From: Nageia nagi
Lineage: Eukaryota > Plantae > Pinophyta
NCBI GenBank assembly: GCA_050084985.1
Contig: JBITNC010000002.1
Span: 12,896,001 to 12,960,000, forward strand
Direction of reading: 5' to 3'
Length of the DNA stretch: 64,000 nucleotides
Shown: in pieces, positions 56,521-64,000 of the stretch
Layout: each line of letters starts with the position of its first letter
Numbering within the stretch: position 1 is the first letter of the stretch
Notes under the pieces: generated by a model
The model's database searches: none
What the model was told of the DNA's origin: nothing
The model's input: only the letters and a program-made list of their open reading frames with translations
Program-made: the position numbers and the translations under genes

Positions 56521-59500
56521 TGTAATGACCCTATTTCAACATAAACACATAGGACCATCACTATAACACCCATCCCATACACTTCAAAGATGAGTACAAA
56601 AATGTTTCCCTCTAAGTAAATAAAATAAGTAATTAAATGCAATCAATTCTGAATGTGTTTGGAAGTTGGTTGAGAAAGTTATGAATTATTTTCCACAATA
56701 CTATATGTATTGCTTGAAGCTAAGTCATTCATGATTCTAGACTCATCACTAACTATATATTATTTCTTGTTATTTAACTTCACATGAATTTCCATAGTGA
56801 TTTTCCCAATGGTACCATATACTTACCCATATTTCCCACCATCATCATATCAAGGTAATTTAATAATCTGAGGTCCATTCAACCTTATGAATTTCCCATT
56901 TTACCTTATCCTAACTCACTTGAAGATAAATCAATATCCTTGAAATGAATAATCATGCTTTACATAGAGCTTTGGCCAAGTCTATACTTAGGTTTAAATA
57001 TAACCTCCCATGATTTAAGACTAAATCATTCCCCTATAAGAGATATTACACTATCTCTATTCATACCTATAGGTAAGGGAGTCAGGTCCTAAAAACATAG
57101 TATTTGCACACAATATGGGATTTCCAAAACCATTAAGCATCATAATCCATAAAGTATCAAGTAAGGCTAAGCATCATCACATTTAATTAAGTTAATTCAT
57201 TTACTAAAAAACTCTTTAATAAGAGAATAACACTTAACTATTCAAGGGCTACCCTTTCACAATTCCAAAGATATCAAAATCATACAACAGTAATTGTTGG
57301 TACAATCATCCTAAAAAGGAAGTAATAATTCTTTTCAAAATCTTTTACAAGAACAACAATAACTTTGCTATTTATTCCTCAAATCAAATAGTAAGTAAAA
57401 TCAATTTAGAATCCATAGCAAGAATTTTTTAAACTCCTTTCTCCCACTATGATCAAGGTTTTTCACCTTAGGTTGAATAGTAGCACAAGAATGGTTGGAT
57501 CAGATATAGTCTTGGGTTTCCTCTAAAATTCAACTACATGCTTTGCCATTTTTAGGAAATATTCCAACAACTCTAAGAATTCTATTTTAAAATGTCAACT
57601 CACATTTTAAACAAACAACAACTTTATTTTAAAACATCAATTCCTATTTTAAAATAAATCAATATCTATATTTTAAAATATCTACCATATTTGAAAATAA
57701 TACATACAAACTCTATTTTAGAATACATTAATAATACCATAAAATAATCCACCATATTATTTCAAAATACTACCTTATTTCAAAATAATCAAATAAACTC
57801 TATTTTAGAATATAATATCTATATCCTAAAATAATCACCACTCTATTTTAAAATACTACCCTATTTTAAAATAATTAAACAAACTCTATTTTAGAATACA
57901 ATATCCTAAAATTCTTACAACATTATTTTATAATACATCCCTAGTTTAAAATAAATAAACTCTATTTTAGAATACATTATTTTAAAATACATCCCTATTT
58001 AAAAATAAACAAATTCTATTTTAGAATGCAATATCCTAAAATACTTACAAACTTATTTTAAAATACATATCTATTTTAAAATAAATAAACAACTCTATTT
58101 TAGAATATAATACCATATCCTAAAATAATTACAATTATATTTTAAAAATAATACCACACTTATTTTAAAATATCTAAGAATACATCATTGTCTATTTTAA
58201 AATAATACCACCCTATTTTAAAATAAAGAAATACCTTATAAATATACATTTAAATATCCTTTCTCATATTAACACATTTATTTCATTTCAACACCATCCC
58301 AATACCCTTTCACCTAGATCAAACATACTCTCTAACTTGTAAAATAACAAAGTAAAAGAATAGATAACTAAAACATAATTAAAGAAAACCCCCAAATTAA
58401 CCCATTTATGCACACACATTGAAAAGGGGGAGAAAGTAAAGTCAAAGGGAGGTTCAAATGGGCATACACAATCCCCAAGGAGTTAACGCATCCCATATGA
58501 AGCCACCATTGTAAAAAGGTAAGGGGGAGGGGAGATGTGGGGCTTAGAACCCTCACATCATCCTTGGCTCCACAAGGTGGTGTATGGGGGTGTGTGGGAG
58601 TTCCCAATCCCATGTTACCCTAAAGGAATAAAATGGAGTGGGGGATAGGCCTATGTTAGTTTTAGGAGCTCCCAAGAGCCAATATAAGGCATTAGGCTCC
58701 AAGCTACTCCTTTGCCAACACGAGGCCAAAAGGCTCCACTAAATTCCTTTAATTAGGTTTTTTGACTTGCATAATCATCTAAGCCAAAGTAGGGGTTTTC
58801 TAACCCACCCAAGGTACAATGCCCATTAATGGGGCTTTTTAAAACTTTAAAAACATACTTTAAATTATAAAACCTCCTATCCAACCTATACATGGATTTC
58901 AAAACCATTAGATTTTTAAATCAAAAAATCTAGTATGGGAATAAACTAAATCCTAAACCAATCAAAATTTAGTAATGCTAGGAGGTAAAAATCACTTTTT
59001 GATAAATAAAACCAAGTACTATTATTTTATCAAATGCCTAAAATAATAAAGCTTTCATAAAAATATAGAGAAGCAAATAAAAACAAGAGGTAAACCTCAC
59101 TAAATCTTGCAATTATCAAAGGACTTGGCTCCAAAATTACACAACTTTGCTACTCCAAAAATTAATGAAGATAAGAATGATCCAAAGATCCACCCTAGGG
59201 TTCTATTTATAGTTTTCAACTAGGGCTAGGCTTAGAAAATAACAAGGAGTGACAACACCACTTAAACTCAAGTGAGTGGGAGTTAATTCCTTAGTAGAAA
59301 TATCTTCCCACTTAGTCATCAATCAACACTTTTGTGGATCTAGTTCCACTGATACACCTCAACTTAAAACTGGCACACCTAACTTGTAACTAGGACATAA
59401 TTGCTAAAATTGAGACACATCTTACTAATCAAGTATAATAAATATTATTTAATTATAAATAATATTTTAAAGGTTTAGTTAACTCTAACCTTTATCAATC

Positions 59501-60201
59501 AACCAATCATAATCTATCTAGCTTTATTTATTTATTTTAAGCTAAATAATAATATTTAATGTTAGGGATTATTATTCTTAATTATTAATTAACCTTAATT
59601 AATAAGTAATAAGTAATACATACATATTCTCACAAAATACTTGAATATATATATTTAAATAATTATGCTTTAACTTTTTCATACCTAGTTAGTTCCCTTA
59701 ATTATCTTTACCCTCTAATATTAATTATTAGGGATCCTTAGATAATTATATTAACATCCTTGGCAATCCTTTAAGGCATAAAAATTATTTTCAACTCAAA
59801 ATAAATAACACAACTAGGCAATCATAAACACACATTAACAATCCTAGGGAGCTTATCTTGCCCCATGCTATTATGTATGTATGCAACCACTTACCCAGCT
59901 ATCCTATTGTCTTGATCTTAGCTTGATCATGAGAATCATTGGTAATCATTCATTTCCAAATCATTCAAGAGCATCTCACCTTTTCTTACATGTCACCTAC
60001 ACATCACAAAACCACTTGCATCAGTAACATGTACATATAGGTAGGATAAGTAATCATTGTCCTTATCTAGGATTTCATAACTTTAAATAAATAAAAGCAT
60101 AACAAGTATTTTATTCAAATGACATATATTCATTATATCCTCTCACAATAAACCAAATCAAAATATGCCAATGGAAATCTAGTTTGATTTGGGCTATGAC
60201 A
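56521..60201 (-). mobile_element. Solo LTR (~3.7 kb) of an Ogre/Tat-like gypsy
   Basis: Ends TGTAATGACCC ... GGGCTATGACA; flanks CTTGT / CTCAT (both derivable from CTCGT); minus-strand CTATAAATAG at ~59212-59203; internal CTATTTTA(A/G)AATA tandem repeats 57570-58260. Confidence 0.8.
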
Positions 60202-61010
60202 CTCATATTTAGGCTTGAAAAAGGCTTGGTGAGCCAACCATTTGCCTTGGACCTACAAGTAAATGTCCATGGTTGATTTCACTACAAAAGTGTAACTCCA
60301 TGCATACATTTCATTATGATTTTGATCGAATTTTTCATGAAATTGAAATCCATTTTAGATGAAAGAGTGACAAATTCAAATATGCAATCTTGTTTACAAT
60401 TGGAGTAGATTTTCTATTTTTCTATGAATTTTCTATGAAACTTATCTATATATACTTGAAATATGATGGTCTCATATTTTCTTTATAAGTTTATTTTTGG
60501 AGTTATGAAAAACATTATATAGGGACAAGCTTCAAAGAATTCTTTATAAGAAAAAAAAATTAAAAAAATATTAATTTTAGATCAAATTATGCATGATGGA
60601 CATGAGCACTTTTTGAAACAACAAACATTCTTGAGACAAAATTAATAAAAATAAATAAATATTGATTAAACAATTATAAAACAATATCTAGGACAAGCTT
60701 CAATGTATTAGGTATTTATCCCTAAAAGTTATTTAAAAATACCTTGATTTTAATCAAATTATGCGTGATAGACACTTGCATGATATGGTCCAAAAATAAT
60801 ATATTTTAAAGATTGGTTTTTTTCATCCCTATAAAATTTTAATTTATATGATCTAGGTATTGGAATAAGTTATATATTTGAAAACTAGACTTTGATAACT
60901 ATAGTTTCCCTATAGTTACCTTTTTCATGATTCCATGTCTAAGTGCTTCAAATTTTGAGATGAATCATGCTCAAACTTGAAAATCAAGGAAAACACTTCC
61001 ACTTTTTGAC
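60202..61010. mobile_element. Non-coding repeat fragment, possibly a MULE-like non-autonomous DNA transposon
   Basis: Repeated GGACAAGCTTCAA and ATCAAATTATGC.TGAT motifs; continues the 56486-56520 sequence across the solo LTR; family not established. Confidence 0.3.
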
Positions 61011-61019
61011 CTTAAATTG

Positions 61020-64000
61020 AATCCAACTTCTTGTACTCACCCTTGTACCATAGGTTCTTACTCCTTTACTTCTTTCTCTACATTCTTTGAGATATTTGGG
61101 CTACCCTACTCTACCTTAATGATATCCTCTTCTTGGTTCATAATATCCTTAGCCCCCTATCCTAGAGACACATTCTCCTCCTCCTTAGGTAGCCTTTGTA
61201 ATCGCTTCCATTGAAACTTTGATAACAACAAAACCAATTTTCATAAAATCATCCTCCTAGCCTTATACCACCTTCAAGGATATGATAGGAAAACTCCCTT
61301 AAATTTCTTCCAATAAGCCTTAATTGCTCTCAATTCCTTGATGTTGCTTGACTTTGTTCTTCATACTTTTCCTATATCATCACCTTCATGAGAGAGAAGA
61401 TGATTTTAGAGCCAAATTTGTAAGATTAAGTGTGGGAAAGAGGTGTCATGTCAAGATTAAAAATTTAGAATTCCATCCGCTATAATGTACCCAATATGGT
61501 TGCCTTGTTATACATGAACCACTTATACATGTCATAATCAATAAATACTCATGTGGGGTTGATTCCCATACCTACCCCTCCAATCCTTTCAAAATAATTC
61601 ATCATCATGAGAATGCTACTTATGCCACATACCATCTAGCTTGTGTGGCTGGTGGGCCCTCCAATTGAAGTCATGATAAAAAATTGATGATCTCAATATA
61701 TTTTTTGAATCGATATGCATGTAGATTAATAGATTTCACTTTGCATCTTGGGTGGTTTTTTCTAAGGTTCTTATCACAATTTGTCTACATTCCTAGAAAA
61801 TCCTAATATTTATTTCTTTATAGATATTCTAATAGATATGAGCTATAAGGATACCTTTTGTTTCCCTAGACTTTTTCTTAGTGCCACCTAGATGCCAATC
61901 CTTTATATTCTCTTCTAAAGAGTGGGAAAATTCTTTATTTCTCTCAAATTTGGTAAATATTTCCTCCTATATCTATTTCATTATAACTTAGAAGTATATG
62001 ATTCACTACTTCTTTTTTGCATAAGACATAATGATTTAGGAGTTTCAACCCTCTTTTATTGAGCTTGTCTAGGGTGAATTTTTATTCAAGGCTTCCACCC
62101 ACATGAATTACCAATGTCATTTTGTGTGTAAGCCTTTATAGCCTAATTGTTTTCTAAATCCATCTCATATTATCCTTCATATTGGTATTCAACCAATCAT
62201 ACCCCACCCTAACTAAAAATTCATTTTTTTCCTATGGATCCTTCCACCATAAAGCATTAGCTTTTTTGATATTGAAAATTAGATAGGATAGTAAGGTATT
62301 AAGTAGTTTCATTCCAATTATAGTATGGAAATTATGGGCAAGAGGGAGGACCCATTTTTTCTACCCCTCAATGGTCCTTATGTAGTCTCTAACCACAGAC
62401 CCAATAGTAATTTTTATCCATTCCATAGATGATCTTAGAATGGGGTCATGTGCTAGGGGTTCATTTTTTATACATATATATTTGTAAAATTGGACTCTAT
62501 CCCCTTTTTCTATCTCCCATCTTGAGTTCTTCCAAAGTGTATATCAAATTTCAAGAAGCTAGTTACATAATGCAAATCCTTTAAGGGCATAAAGTAGCTA
62601 AGGAAACTTCATTTACCTTAAAGGTATTTGTTTCTACAAATTCTTTCCATTCTATTTATTGGCCACTAACCAATTTCCAAACAAAGCTTTATTTTGAGGG
62701 CTTTGTTCATCCAATCTATTTATCTTATACCTAGTCCACCTTTTTATTTCTACTTACATAATATTAACTAAGTAGCCAAGGATATTTTCTTCTTCTCCTC
62801 CAAATATGTTCAAAGGAAATTTCAATATATTTGATCTATTTTTTTGGGCTACAAGAACTAAAATTTTAAAGACATTTCCCATATAGATAGATATGCTTTG
62901 GAAGTTTACTTTGACCAACTAAATCTTTCCTAAAAAAAACTAAATATAGTCCATTTCCAACCTTCCAATTTCTTATTGAACTTTTCCATTACTCCTTTTT
63001 AAAAAATCCTTATTTACCCTTCCTTCAAATAGAGGTATTCCAAGATATATTAAGGGAAAGAATTCAATTTGATAGTTAAATATATGTGGGGTTTGATTTT
63101 TCTTTACATAGGGAGAGTTCAAGAAGAAGATTCTAGTTTTATCATAGTTTATATTTTGGTTAGTATCCCTTTCATATAATTCTAGGGTGTGTTTCAATTC
63201 CTGGGCTTCTTTGACACTAGCCTATCTAATCATGATTGTATCATCCACAAATTGATGATGCAACATTAGGTAATAATTAGGCATAAGGGTGATTCCTTCA
63301 ATTATTCTTGAGATTTTATTTTCCTTCAAACTTTTCCCTAGGGCTCCAACAAGGATAATGAACAAGTAAAGGGAAATTAGGTCCCATTTTCTTAGCCCTC
63401 TAGCTATATTAAATAATCCACATGATTCTTGATTTATTTAAAGCAAAAAAGTTACAGTTGAGGTAGATAGTTTAATCCACTTCCTTCAAGTATTCTTAAA
63501 TCCAAACTTATCTAGCACCCAATCTAAAAAGTTCCAAGACCCTAAATTATATTCCTTTTGTTATCCATCTTGATTAGCATGGTTGTATCCTTTTTAAATT
63601 TGATAGAGTGGATTACTTTGTGTATTCCAAGAATCCCATCAACTATTTATCTTCCTTTTATGAAGGCATCTTGTTCTCATGAGATGAGTTTGGGGAGGAA
63701 CCCTTGTACTCTATTTGCCAATATTTTGGTTATAACTTTGTATTAAGTGTTGTAGAGGCTAATAGGCTTGAATACCTTTAAATTGGTTTCTCCATGCACC
63801 TTTGGAATAGAACAAGGAATGTAGTATTCCAACTTCTCACAAGGGGATAATTCTCTTGGAATTCATGGATTGCTTACATTACATCTTCCCCCAAAATATC
63901 CCAAAAGGATTGAAAAACCTAAATGAGAAGCCATCCAACCTAAGGGCCTTGTATTTTCCCATAAGAGAGAGGGAAAATTCTATTTCTTCCTTAAAGAAAG
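61020..64000 (-). mobile_element. Degenerate L1 LINE ORF2 (RT, zf-RVT, RNase H-like), truncated by the window end
   Basis: KAL..DGFS, FKPISLYN, GLRKWDLISL (GLRQGDPLSP), HHQFVDDT, YLGIPL (ORF 62973-63197), RNase H-like ELRAI. Confidence 0.9.

Overview
AT-rich, CpG/CHG-depleted plant nuclear DNA with the look of a large gymnosperm-type genome (inferred from the repeat types, the deamination pattern and the presence of miR529). I see no intact cellular protein-coding gene. Two things stand out. (1) A dispersed MIR529 cluster on the minus strand. Two apparently intact pre-miR529 hairpins (5209-5331, 24882-24997) lie in an old ~4 kb duplication. Each has a TATA box, a conserved promoter, a non-canonical C17 mature sequence and a conserved first-ATG short ORF (candidate miPEP). 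A probable third, decayed paralog lies at ~10.7 kb. (2) A ~20.7 kb degenerate DNA transposon (~35786-56486) with a Sola2-type DDD transposase. It also carries decayed cargo ORFs, a tRNA-Lys pseudogene next to a G-rich tract, and a telomere-like higher-order repeat array in what appears to be a transposase intron; an LTR element later inserted into that array (TSD CCCTT). The rest is nested, decayed Ty3/gypsy, Ty1/copia and L1 elements, a 3.7 kb solo LTR and microsatellites. Family assignments come from motifs translated by eye and from recalled consensus sequences, not from database searches.
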